Of a DNA stretch of 64,000 nucleotides, positions 39,112 to 46,627 are shown piece after piece (the first letter of the stretch is position 1; each line of letters begins with the position of its first letter). This DNA is from an uncultured Rhodospirillales bacterium. Its GTDB lineage: Bacteria; Pseudomonadota; Alphaproteobacteria; RF32; CAG-239. The stretch covers positions 71,874 to 135,873 of the forward strand of contig CACWQT010000002.1 of the NCBI GenBank assembly GCA_902763185.1. The letters are read 5' to 3'. A program made the position numbers and the translations under genes. The notes below the pieces were generated by a model. It saw only the letters and a program-made list of their open reading frames with translations, had not been told where the DNA came from and searched no databases.

Positions 39112-39126
39112 ATATTCACAGTGATT

Positions 39127-40020
39127 TTATTGACGACCGAATTTTTCCTGTAACTTTTGTAAAAATAGATTGGCGGCAGCGGAACGCACGGCAGATTTGT
39201 TCCAGACAATATTTAATTTTGCTTCTACTTTAGGTTCAAGCGGACGAAAGCAAAGCGGGCTTTTATCAGAAGTATCAGCCAATTTATCCAAGGTTATTGC
39301 ATATCCGATACCTGATTTAACCATTATGGCAGCATTAAATATTAAATTATATGTTGCAACGGTATGCAAGCTGTCAAACTGTCCGTGAAACCATTTATGA
39401 AACTCGTTTTTTGGTGACTTCTTTATTGCTTGGCGAGAACTTATTAATGGCAAACCTTTTAAGTCTTCAAGTTTGACTGATTTATATTGCGCCAACGGAC
39501 AATCTTTACGCATCAAAACGCCCCATACATCAGCAACCGGCAAGGTAACACTATCATATTTTGATGTATCGTTATGTTGCACCAAAAGACCGAAATCCAA
39601 AAGTTTCTTATCCAGCTTTTCCATAACATCTTCGGCATTACCGGAATAGAGATGGAATGTAATATTCGGGTGTGTGGTGCGTATTTCTTTGATAACATCC
39701 GCAACATATTCCATGGCATCAGTTTCGCCACCACCGATATAAACATCGCCCCTAATGTCAACACCCGAAGAAATGATATCCCTCTTGGTTTTATCAACCA
39801 TTTCAATAATTTCTTCGGCACGGTCTTTAAGGAGCATACCTTCATCGGTCAGTGTGATTTTGTATTTTCCACGCACAAAAAGCTTTTGTTTGAGTTCATA
39901 TTCCAAGTCTTGCATTTGCCGCGTTAAAGTCGGTTGGGTTAAATGCAAAGCATTAGCCGCAGCAGTAATACTACCTTCACGGGCAACAGCTAAAAAATAT
40001 TTCAAAACACGTATTTCCAT
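39127..40020 (-). CDS. LysR-family transcriptional regulator
   Basis: 297 aa. The N-terminal HTH is MEIRVLKYFLAVAREGSITAAANALHLTQPTLTRQMQDLE. It is divergent from the hydrolase/redox cluster. Confidence 0.9.
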   Translation of the reverse strand: MEIRVLKYFLAVAREGSITAAANALHLTQPTLTRQMQDLEYELKQKLFVRGKYKITLTDEGMLLKDRAEEIIEMVDKTKRDIISSGVDIRGDVYIGGGETDAMEYVADVIKEIRTTHPNITFHLYSGNAEDVMEKLDKKLLDFGLLVQHNDTSKYDSVTLPVADVWGVLMRKDCPLAQYKSVKLEDLKGLPLISSRQAIKKSPKNEFHKWFHGQFDSLHTVATYNLIFNAAIMVKSGIGYAITLDKLADTSDKSPLCFRPLEPKVEAKLNIVWNKSAVRSAAANLFLQKLQEKFGRQ

Positions 40021-40145
40021 AAGGGAAGCATAATAAGATTAATTATGCTTGTCAAGCATAATTAAATATGCAAAATAAGTATTTGCTATGTAAAAATAAA
40101 CATTTTATATTGAAGATAAAGTAAATTAAACATGGGAGAAAATTT

Positions 40146-41189
40146 ATGAAAATGAAAACATTATGTGCTTTGTCAATGACAGCTTTAGGTTTGGTCTTTG
40201 CCGCACCGGACAGCGCAAGTGCTGCTGAAGGTAACAATACAGAATGGGACAAGGTGTTTGCTAAATCCGACAAGGTTGATGTTAAAAAAGTAAGCTTTAA
40301 GAACAGATTCGGTATTGAGCTGGTAGGTGATTTGTATGAGCCGAAGAACAAACCGGAAGGCAAAATGCAAGCAATTGCTGTTTCCGGACCGTTTGGCGCA
40401 GTTAAAGAGCAATCTTCCGGACTTTATGCGCAGACCCTAGCAGAACGTGGTTTTGTAACCTTGGCGTTTGACCCGTCATTTACCGGTGAATCAGGTGGTG
40501 AAGTTCGTAATGTGGCAAGCCCTGATATTAACACTGATGATTTTAGTGCGGCGATTGACTACTTAACAACCCTGCCTGAAGTTGATGAAAACAAAATCGG
40601 TATTGTCGGCATCTGCGGTTGGGGCGGATTCGCCTTAAATGCGGCAACCCAAGATACACGTATCAAAGCAACAGTTACATCTACAATGTATGATATGACA
40701 AGAGTGTCTGCTCACGGTTATAATGACAGCATGTCTGCCGAAGACTTATATAAAATGCGCGAGCAACTAAACAATCAGCGCTCAAGAGAAGCTCAAGGCG
40801 CACCGATTGCCGAAGCTCCGGGCTTACCGGATAAATTAACCGGTGAAGAACCGCAATTTGTGCAAGACTATTTCAACTATTATAAAACAAAACTCGGTTT
40901 TCACCCACGCTCTATCAATTCTAACGGTCATTGGAACGTGACTTCTGCACTATCACTAATTACCCAACCGATTTTAGCTTATGCCGACACAATCAAATCG
41001 CCGGTATTGATGATACATGGTGAAAAAGCCCACAGTCGTTATTTTTCGGAAGATGCGTTCAAAAAGCTGACCGGTGACAACAAAGAGCTGATGATTATTC
41101 CGAATGCGAATCATACCGATTTGTATTACAAAATGGATGTTATCCCGTTTGATAAAATGGAACAATTCTTTAAGACCAATTTGAAATAA
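40146..41189 (+). CDS. Exported alpha/beta hydrolase (nucleophile elbow G-I-C-G-W-G, Cys type)
   Basis: 347 aa with the signal peptide ...LGLVFAAPDSASA. The elbow is IGIVGICGWGGF and the C-terminal His region is IPNANHTDLY. Confidence 0.8.
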   Translation: MKMKTLCALSMTALGLVFAAPDSASAAEGNNTEWDKVFAKSDKVDVKKVSFKNRFGIELVGDLYEPKNKPEGKMQAIAVSGPFGAVKEQSSGLYAQTLAERGFVTLAFDPSFTGESGGEVRNVASPDINTDDFSAAIDYLTTLPEVDENKIGIVGICGWGGFALNAATQDTRIKATVTSTMYDMTRVSAHGYNDSMSAEDLYKMREQLNNQRSREAQGAPIAEAPGLPDKLTGEEPQFVQDYFNYYKTKLGFHPRSINSNGHWNVTSALSLITQPILAYADTIKSPVLMIHGEKAHSRYFSEDAFKKLTGDNKELMIIPNANHTDLYYKMDVIPFDKMEQFFKTNLK

Positions 41190-41611
41190 TGCGTGGATTG
41201 CAACAAATATTAAGACTGTTGGTGTCGGTAATTATTTTATCGGCATCAACAGCACTAGCCTTGGAGAACGAAACGATGCAAATGAAGATAGGAGATAAAG
41301 CATATTCGGTTGTTTTGAACGATAATAATACAACAAAAGCCTTACGAGAACTCTTACCAATGACGGTTACAATGACAGAATTTAACGGTAATGAAAAGTA
41401 TTACCTTTTGCACAACTCATTGCCGAGCAGACCTGAACACATTGGGCAAATAAAATCAGGTGATGTTATGCTGTTTGGCGATGATAGTTTAGTTGTGTTT
41501 TACAAAGATTTTAAGACAACATACTCATATACACGTATCGGACATATAGAAAATGCTGCTGATTTAGAACAAACACTTGGTAGAGGCAGTGTAATTATAA
41601 CTTTTGAATAG
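41189..41611 (+). CDS. Cyclophilin-like fold protein (exported)
   Basis: 140 aa with a signal peptide. MKIGDKAYSVVLNDNNTTKALRELLPMTVTMTEFNGNEKY...GDVMLFGDDSLVVFY matches the cyclophilin-like family often seen in such clusters, as far as I remember it. Confidence 0.6.
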   Translation: MRGLQQILRLLVSVIILSASTALALENETMQMKIGDKAYSVVLNDNNTTKALRELLPMTVTMTEFNGNEKYYLLHNSLPSRPEHIGQIKSGDVMLFGDDSLVVFYKDFKTTYSYTRIGHIENAADLEQTLGRGSVIITFE

Positions 41612-41624
41612 AAAGGACAATAAA

Positions 41625-42167
41625 ATGACAAAGAAAATATTAATCGTATCAAGCAGTCTTCGCAGCGGCAGTAATTCCGAGATACTTGCGCACGAAGCAG
41701 AAAAAGGGGCAAAGAATGCCGGAAATGAGGTAGAATTTTTAAGCCTCAAAGGTAAAGACATTAAATTTTGCATCGGTTGCCTTGCCTGTCAGAAAACTCA
41801 TAAATGCGTACAAAAAGATGATATGGCAGACCTAATCGGCAAAGTGCAAAATGCAGATGTGTTGATTTTTGCCACACCGATTTATTACTATGAGATGAGC
41901 GGACAGCTGAAAACATTTTTAGACCGTTGCAATCCGTTATACTCTCAAGAGAACAAGTTTAAAGATGTTTATTTAATTACCTCGGCTTATGATAGTTCTG
42001 AAAGTGCCGCAGACCGCGCAATCAGCGGCCTTAAAGGTTGGATAGAGTGCTTTGAACAATCTCGTTTTGCAGGTGCTTTGGTAGGTGGCGGTGTAGATGC
42101 GCCGAAATCAGCCGCAAATCGCGCGGATTTACTTAATAAAGCCTACGAGTTAGGAAAGAACATTTAG
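41625..42167 (+). CDS. Flavodoxin-like NAD(P)H-dependent FMN reductase (iron-sulfur flavoprotein-like)
   Basis: KILIVSSSLRSGSNSE, CIGCLACQKTHKC, and ADVLIFATPIYYYEMSGQLKTFLDR. I chose the start at 41625, which has an AAAGGA RBS. Confidence 0.8.
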   Translation: MTKKILIVSSSLRSGSNSEILAHEAEKGAKNAGNEVEFLSLKGKDIKFCIGCLACQKTHKCVQKDDMADLIGKVQNADVLIFATPIYYYEMSGQLKTFLDRCNPLYSQENKFKDVYLITSAYDSSESAADRAISGLKGWIECFEQSRFAGALVGGGVDAPKSAANRADLLNKAYELGKNI

Positions 42168-42175
42168 GATAAATA

Positions 42176-42562
42176 ATGATGAAAAAGTTTTTAATGATAT
42201 TGGCAATGTCTGCACTTTTAGGAGAAAACGCCATGGCGATAACCGTTAATATTTATTATACCGGTGAAAACGGTAATGCCCGCAAATTTGCGGAAGAAAT
42301 GGAGCAAAGCGGCACCGTTGCCGCTATTCGTGCCGAAGAAGGCAACAAAAAATACGAATACTTTTATCCTAAAAATGATCCGGAAACAGTTTTACTGATT
42401 GACAGTTGGGAAAACCAAGAGGCCATTGACAAACATCACGCAACACCGATGATGGATAAAATTACCGAGTTGCGCAACAAATATGATTTGCACATGAGGG
42501 TTGAGCGCTATACTGAAGATGAAACAATTTCACAAAGTGATCAAAACTATATCAGGAAATAA
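42176..42562 (+). CDS. Antibiotic-biosynthesis-monooxygenase (ABM) domain protein, exported
   Basis: 128 aa with a signal peptide. The ABM-like region is LLIDSWENQEAIDKHHATPMM. Confidence 0.65.
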   Translation: MMKKFLMILAMSALLGENAMAITVNIYYTGENGNARKFAEEMEQSGTVAAIRAEEGNKKYEYFYPKNDPETVLLIDSWENQEAIDKHHATPMMDKITELRNKYDLHMRVERYTEDETISQSDQNYIRK

Positions 42563-42574
42563 TCAGGAGGAAAT

Positions 42575-43591
42575 ATGAAGCGCTTCTTATCAATCACCTT
42601 ATTGACAACCGCACTTTTAACAGGAGAGCAAACAATGGCAAAAGCTTTAAATGCGGAACAAGAATCTATTGCAGAAGTGGCGGCTTATGCGGCCAGAGGT
42701 AACCAAGAAGGATTAAAAAAAGCCCTTATCAAAGGACTGGATAATAAAGTTCCTGTTAATACTTTCAAGGAAATCTTGGTGCAAGCTTATGCCTATTGCG
42801 GCTTTCCGAGAAGTCTTAATGCTCTTGCAACTTTGATGCAAACCGTTGAAGAACGCGGCAATAAAGACGAGTTGGGTAAAGAACCGAGTGCAAAACCTGA
42901 AGGCAGTGCTTTAACCTATGGCACGGAAAATCAAACTAAACTGGTCGGTACGGAAGTAAAAGGCAAGTTGTTTGAATTTGCTCCTGCCATTGATGAATAC
43001 CTGAAGGCTCACTTATTCGGCGATATTTTTGCGCGTGATAATGTGGATTGGAAAACAAGAGAACTGGCAACAATCGCTATGTTGGCCGCTCGCGAAGGCG
43101 TGGAAAGTCAATTAAGCGCTCATATTGAGATTGGCAAACATAATGGTTTAACCGATGATGAGGTGGCGGAAATTTTGAATATTGCCACCGAAGCAAAAGC
43201 CAAAAATGTTGTCTTTGGTTTCGGAGAACTAAATCCTTATGGCAAGTATTTTACCGGAAAAAGTTATTTAAAACCGATTACCACGTCAAACGGCGTACCG
43301 ATGTATAATGTGACTTTTGAACCGAAATGTCGCAATAATTGGCATATTCATCACAAAGGCGGTCAGATTTTACTGGTTACCCAAGGTCGTGGGTGGTATC
43401 AGGCATGGGGCGAAGAACCGCGAGAGCTGCACCCCGGTGATGTTGTAAACATTCCTCCAGAAACCAAACATTGGCACGGCGCGGCAAAAGACAGTTGGTT
43501 TACACATATTGCCGTCGAAGTACCGACAAAAGACGGCTCAAATGAATGGCTTGAGCCGGTAGCCGACGAGGAATACAACAAATTAAAGTAA
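42575..43591 (+). CDS. Carboxymuconolactone decarboxylase-family / cupin fusion protein, exported
   Basis: 338 aa with a signal peptide. The CMD-like half has QAYAYCGFPRSLNAL and LTDDEVAEIL. The cupin half is WHIHHKGGQILLVTQGRGWYQ...GDVVNIPPETKHWHGA. Confidence 0.8.
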   Translation: MKRFLSITLLTTALLTGEQTMAKALNAEQESIAEVAAYAARGNQEGLKKALIKGLDNKVPVNTFKEILVQAYAYCGFPRSLNALATLMQTVEERGNKDELGKEPSAKPEGSALTYGTENQTKLVGTEVKGKLFEFAPAIDEYLKAHLFGDIFARDNVDWKTRELATIAMLAAREGVESQLSAHIEIGKHNGLTDDEVAEILNIATEAKAKNVVFGFGELNPYGKYFTGKSYLKPITTSNGVPMYNVTFEPKCRNNWHIHHKGGQILLVTQGRGWYQAWGEEPRELHPGDVVNIPPETKHWHGAAKDSWFTHIAVEVPTKDGSNEWLEPVADEEYNKLK

Positions 43592-43610
43592 GGACTAATT
43601 AAATGACAAT

Positions 43611-44033
43611 GTGGTTATTATCGGCTCACCCGTTTACCATTCTTATCCGACCGGTATGATGCGCAGCTTTTTAGAGCGTTTTATGTTTCCAGCGCACACT
43701 TATATGCTTGATAAAGAAAACGGCGGATTAAAACGCGTCTTAAACCATACATTACCAACGGCGTTGATTTTTACGATGAATGCAAACGAAGAGCAATTTA
43801 AGCAACATCATTATGACGTGATTTTGGGTGACAATGAGGCGAATTTGCGGGCAGTATTTGGCTATTGCGAAACATTATATGCATTTGACACATTCCAATA
43901 TACCGATTATGCCAAATATGATTGCGATTTGTTTGACGCGGAACATAAGACCAAAATGCGTGATGAACAATTTCCGAAAGACCTAGAAAAAGCTTATGAA
44001 CTAGGTAAAAAATTTGCAACAATGACAAAATAG
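43611..44033 (+). pseudogene. 5'-truncated flavodoxin-like reductase (N-terminal ~70 aa, including the FMN-binding loop, are missing)
   Basis: The frame opens at ...VVIIGSPVYHSYPTGMMRSFLERF, which is normally a mid-protein motif. An out-of-frame ATGACA with its own RBS-like AAGGA lies at 43603, which suggests an internal deletion. Confidence 0.6.
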
Positions 44034-44042
44034 GAGAATAAA

Positions 44043-44162
44043 ATGAGCATTTATAATTACAGTATCCCCAAACCCAACGGTGAAGAATTAAACCTTGCCG
44101 ACCTAAAAGGTAAAGTTTTGTTGATTGTGAACACGGCAACCGGATGCGGATTTCCGCAGTAA
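44043..44162 (+). pseudogene. Glutathione peroxidase 5' fragment (39 codons then stop)
   Basis: MSIYNYSIPKPNGEELNLADLKGKVLLIVNTATGCGFPQ* is the Gpx N-terminus up to the active-site NTA(S/T)xCGF(T)PQ(Y). The expected Tyr codon is TAA, and the sequence after 44162 is unrelated to gpx. Confidence 0.65.
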
Positions 44163-44282
44163 CGTAGTGCTTTTTATCTCTGTGAAACATGTTATTTCTC
44201 CTTTTCTAAAATTTTTGTTTCACTAGGGAACACTCCGCAAAATCAAAAAATCGTTCGGCATAATTTGAAAAAATTTTAAATA

Positions 44283-44318
44283 ACAAAAAAAGCCGAGCAA
44301 TTAAGCTCAGCTTTAGGT
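44283..44318 (-). terminator. Rho-independent terminator of the ArsR-permease-thioredoxin-like operon
   Basis: The reverse strand reads AGCTGAGC-ttaatt-GCTCGGCT followed by TTTTTTTGTT. Confidence 0.6.
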
Positions 44319-44337
44319 TGTTACAATCAGTATTTTT

Positions 44338-44568
44338 TTACAGCCAATTTTTCAGTTCATCTTCTTTTGGCATGCTTCCGATATGAACAACTTTGTCATC
44401 AACCACGATGGCAGGCGTTGTCATTACGCCATATCTTACAACTTCCGTCATATCATCAACAATACTTACCTCAGCATCAGCATTCATATTTTTTATCATT
44501 TCCGCAATCCGTTCGGCTGATTTATGACCGCATTTGCAGGAAGAACTTAAAATTTTAATTTGTTTCAT
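44338..44568 (-). CDS. Thioredoxin-fold small protein (redox-active disulfide protein 2 family)
   Basis: 76 aa. ...VVRYGVMTTPAIVVDDKVVHIGSMP is typical of the family. The N-terminal Cys motif here is SSSCKCGHKS (CxC) rather than the usual CxxC. Confidence 0.7.
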   Translation of the reverse strand: MKQIKILSSSCKCGHKSAERIAEMIKNMNADAEVSIVDDMTEVVRYGVMTTPAIVVDDKVVHIGSMPKEDELKNWL

Positions 44569-44578
44569 TGTTTTCTCC

Positions 44579-45550
44579 TTAAATTAAATTGAGCATATAA
44601 CCTGTTATAATAAACGCTGTCAGCAAATATCCGACAAACATTGCCAGCAGTTTATAAGTAAAAACACGCTTTAACATCATCATTTCAGGCAAAGATATGG
44701 TGGCAATACTCATAAACATAACCAAAGCCGTGCCGACAGGAACACCTTTCATCAACAAAACTTGCATAATCGGAACTATACCTGCTTGTGAAGCATACAT
44801 CGGAATTCCGATTATTGCTGCCACAGGAACCGCAAAAATATTATCTTTTCCCAAATATCTGATAAACAATTCTTGCGGAATGTAGCCGTGCATAAATGCA
44901 CCTATTACTAAACCAATTAAAATATATATGGCTAATGATTTTATAGTGTCTATTGCAAATGTATTAGCATATTTTATCAAAGCTACTGCTTTTTCTTTTA
45001 TATTTTTACAAGAACAATTCGGTGGTGTTACATTTGGTATCTGCATAGCAAGATATTTTTCAATTTGAAATTTGTCTGCTAAATATCCTGCTAAAACAGA
45101 AATTATTGTTCCACTTATAATATAAAGAGCTACAATATATACTCCTGTTTCTCCCATAGCCAGCAACATAATTGCTGCTATTTCACTAATAAGTGGAGAA
45201 CTTACCAAAAATGCTATACTAACACCAAAAGGAACGCCTGCAGCTAAAAAACCCATAAATAATGGAATACTTGAACAAGAACAAAAAGGTGTAACAACGC
45301 CCAAGAACACTGCAAGAAAATATCCTGCCCATTTTGATTTGCCGGACAAATAAGCTCTAACTCTTTCAGGACTTAATTGTGAACGAAATAGTGATATAAT
45401 AAAGATTAGTACATATATCAGAACAAAAATTTTAGTTGTATCTTCAATAAAAAAATGTACAGCTTGTCCAAAATGTGTTGTCAAATCAAGCCTCATTAAA
45501 GATGTCAGCCAATCTGCAAGCCTTGTAAATATATCTAGCATTCTAAACAA
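44579..45550 (-). CDS. Permease of the DUF318/ArsP-like family
   Basis: 323 aa, polytopic. The signature TPFCSCSSIPLF and a second half-repeat are present. Confidence 0.8.
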   Translation of the reverse strand: MFRMLDIFTRLADWLTSLMRLDLTTHFGQAVHFFIEDTTKIFVLIYVLIFIISLFRSQLSPERVRAYLSGKSKWAGYFLAVFLGVVTPFCSCSSIPLFMGFLAAGVPFGVSIAFLVSSPLISEIAAIMLLAMGETGVYIVALYIISGTIISVLAGYLADKFQIEKYLAMQIPNVTPPNCSCKNIKEKAVALIKYANTFAIDTIKSLAIYILIGLVIGAFMHGYIPQELFIRYLGKDNIFAVPVAAIIGIPMYASQAGIVPIMQVLLMKGVPVGTALVMFMSIATISLPEMMMLKRVFTYKLLAMFVGYLLTAFIITGYMLNLI

Positions 45551-45837
45551 CCTCCCTCACAGCAATCTTTTAATAGAAAATGTGCAGCTTCTTTAATAGC
45601 TTTACAGTTTGGTTTATATATAAGTGTCTTTCCTTTTTTTTCAAAAGAACATAGATTTGCTTGAGTTAAAATATTCAAATGAAATGAAAGTGTGTTTTTT
45701 GCCATACAATCAAGTTTATTAAACATTTCTGTCGGAGTGATGCCTTCTTTACTATGTTCTACCATTAGGCGGAAAATTTTTAGCCGACCTTCCTGACTTA
45801 ATGCTTCAAAAATAGTGGTTATCTGCTCTGTTTTCAT
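45535..45837 (-). CDS. ArsR/SmtB-family metalloregulator
   Basis: 100 aa with a winged HTH (FEALSQEGRLKIFRLMVEH...LSFHLNILTQANL) and a Cys-rich C-terminus DCCEGGCLEC. Confidence 0.85.
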   Translation of the reverse strand: MKTEQITTIFEALSQEGRLKIFRLMVEHSKEGITPTEMFNKLDCMAKNTLSFHLNILTQANLCSFEKKGKTLIYKPNCKAIKEAAHFLLKDCCEGGCLEC

Positions 45838-46178
45838 ATTGTGCCTTTTATGATTCTATAATTCTGGAAATATGGTAATATTTAAAAATGCAAATGTCAA
45901 TAGTCATTAGACTATGTTATAAGGTGGGGTTTTGAAACGCGAACAGTTGGAAATAAATAGCCTTAGTTTTAAGGGGAAAATGGTCGGGTCTGTCCCGACC
46001 AAAAGTATCTATTTTGGTATCTTTTTTGGGAAATGGGTAAAAATAAAAAATAGATACGCGACCAGACCAGCGCACAAATGCACCAATACAGTGAAGATAT
46101 AGAAAACCGGAAAGTGCCGGAAAATAAGGAATATAGAGGCAATATTGTAAGTTAAAATTGCACCCTGAAATTTAAAAC

Positions 46179-46210
46179 AAAAAAACCTCTTCATCAAGAA
46201 GAGGCTTTTA
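46179..46210 (-). terminator. Rho-independent terminator following the tRNA-like fragment
   Basis: The reverse strand reads AGCCTCTTC-ttgatg-AAGAGGTTTTTTT. Confidence 0.55.
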
Positions 46211-46345
46211 TATGGTGGGTTCTGTAGGACTGGCCTCGCCGCTGCGTCGGCTATCAGCTAATCGCTGACCGGCATACTTCCGTCTGCCGGCGCCTCCTTG
46301 TCAAACCTACTTCTCGTAGGTTCGAGACTTCTTACATCACGAATA
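46211..46345 (-). other. tRNA-Met 3'-end duplicate (acceptor 3' strand + T-arm) interrupted by a GC-rich ~71-nt insert in the T-loop
   Basis: The 21 nt at 46211..46231 (TATGGTGGGTTCTGTAGGACT) are identical to 46383..46403 at the 3' end of tRNA-Met. Homology resumes at AACCTAC (46304..46310). An inverted partial T-arm copy, GTAGGTTCGAGAC, follows at 46316..46328. No 5' half of a tRNA is present. Confidence 0.6.
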
Positions 46346-46383
46346 AACACAAAAGGCAGGAATAAATCCTGCCTTTTGTGTTT
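46346..46383. terminator. Hairpin terminator immediately 3' of tRNA-Met
   Basis: AAACACAAAAGGCAGG-aataaat-CCTGCCTTTTGTGTTT is symmetric and could act in both directions. Confidence 0.7.
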
Positions 46384-46384
46384 A

Positions 46385-46461
46385 TGGTGGGTTCTGTAGG
46401 ACTCGAACCTACGACCAGACCGTTATGAGCGGCCGGCTCTAACCAACTGAGCTAAGAACCC
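46385..46461 (-). tRNA. tRNA with CAT anticodon (elongator Met, or Ile2 if lysidinylated)
   Basis: The reverse complement is GGGTTCT-TA-GCTC-AGTTGGTTA-GAGC-C-GGCCG-CTCATAA-CGGTC-TGGTC-GTAGG-TTCGAGT-CCTAC-AGAACCC-ACCA. Confidence 0.9.
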
Positions 46462-46569
46462 AACAGCAAGGTTTTAATAAGATAAATATTCTGCTTAGTC
46501 AAGCACAAAATAACATTTTGCCAATTTTTTATTTAACACCTAATATCGCCTTGCGCTAAAACTTCTTAA

Positions 46570-46598
46570 TTGACAATAACCGCTCAAAGTGATAGACT
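46570..46598 (+). promoter_or_regulatory. Near-consensus sigma70-type promoter
   Basis: TTGACA (46570..46575), a 17-nt spacer, then TAGACT (46593..46598). A strong RBS (AAAGGGAGGAGCAA-ATG) follows. Confidence 0.6.
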
Positions 46599-46627
46599 AC
46601 TCCCATAAGCCCTAAAGGGAGGAGCAA

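Noticed and set aside
43798-44190. A 130-aa reverse-strand ORF spanning the flavodoxin-like and gpx remnants.
   Set aside because: Only its RBS and ATG (GGAGAAATAACATG) look genuine. The body is antisense to two recognisable forward-strand gene remnants, so I treat it as a start-site relic at a recombination joint rather than a gene.
46009-46197. A 62-aa very hydrophobic reverse-strand ORF next to the tRNA-like fragment. I considered a type I toxin-like small membrane peptide, because its ATG lies in the loop of a terminator hairpin and a second hairpin follows its stop.
   Set aside because: It has no Shine-Dalgarno sequence, and AT-rich intergenic DNA readily yields Phe/Ile/Leu-rich ORFs. 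I cannot support it from sequence alone. It is worth a look only if ribosome profiling or homologues support it.
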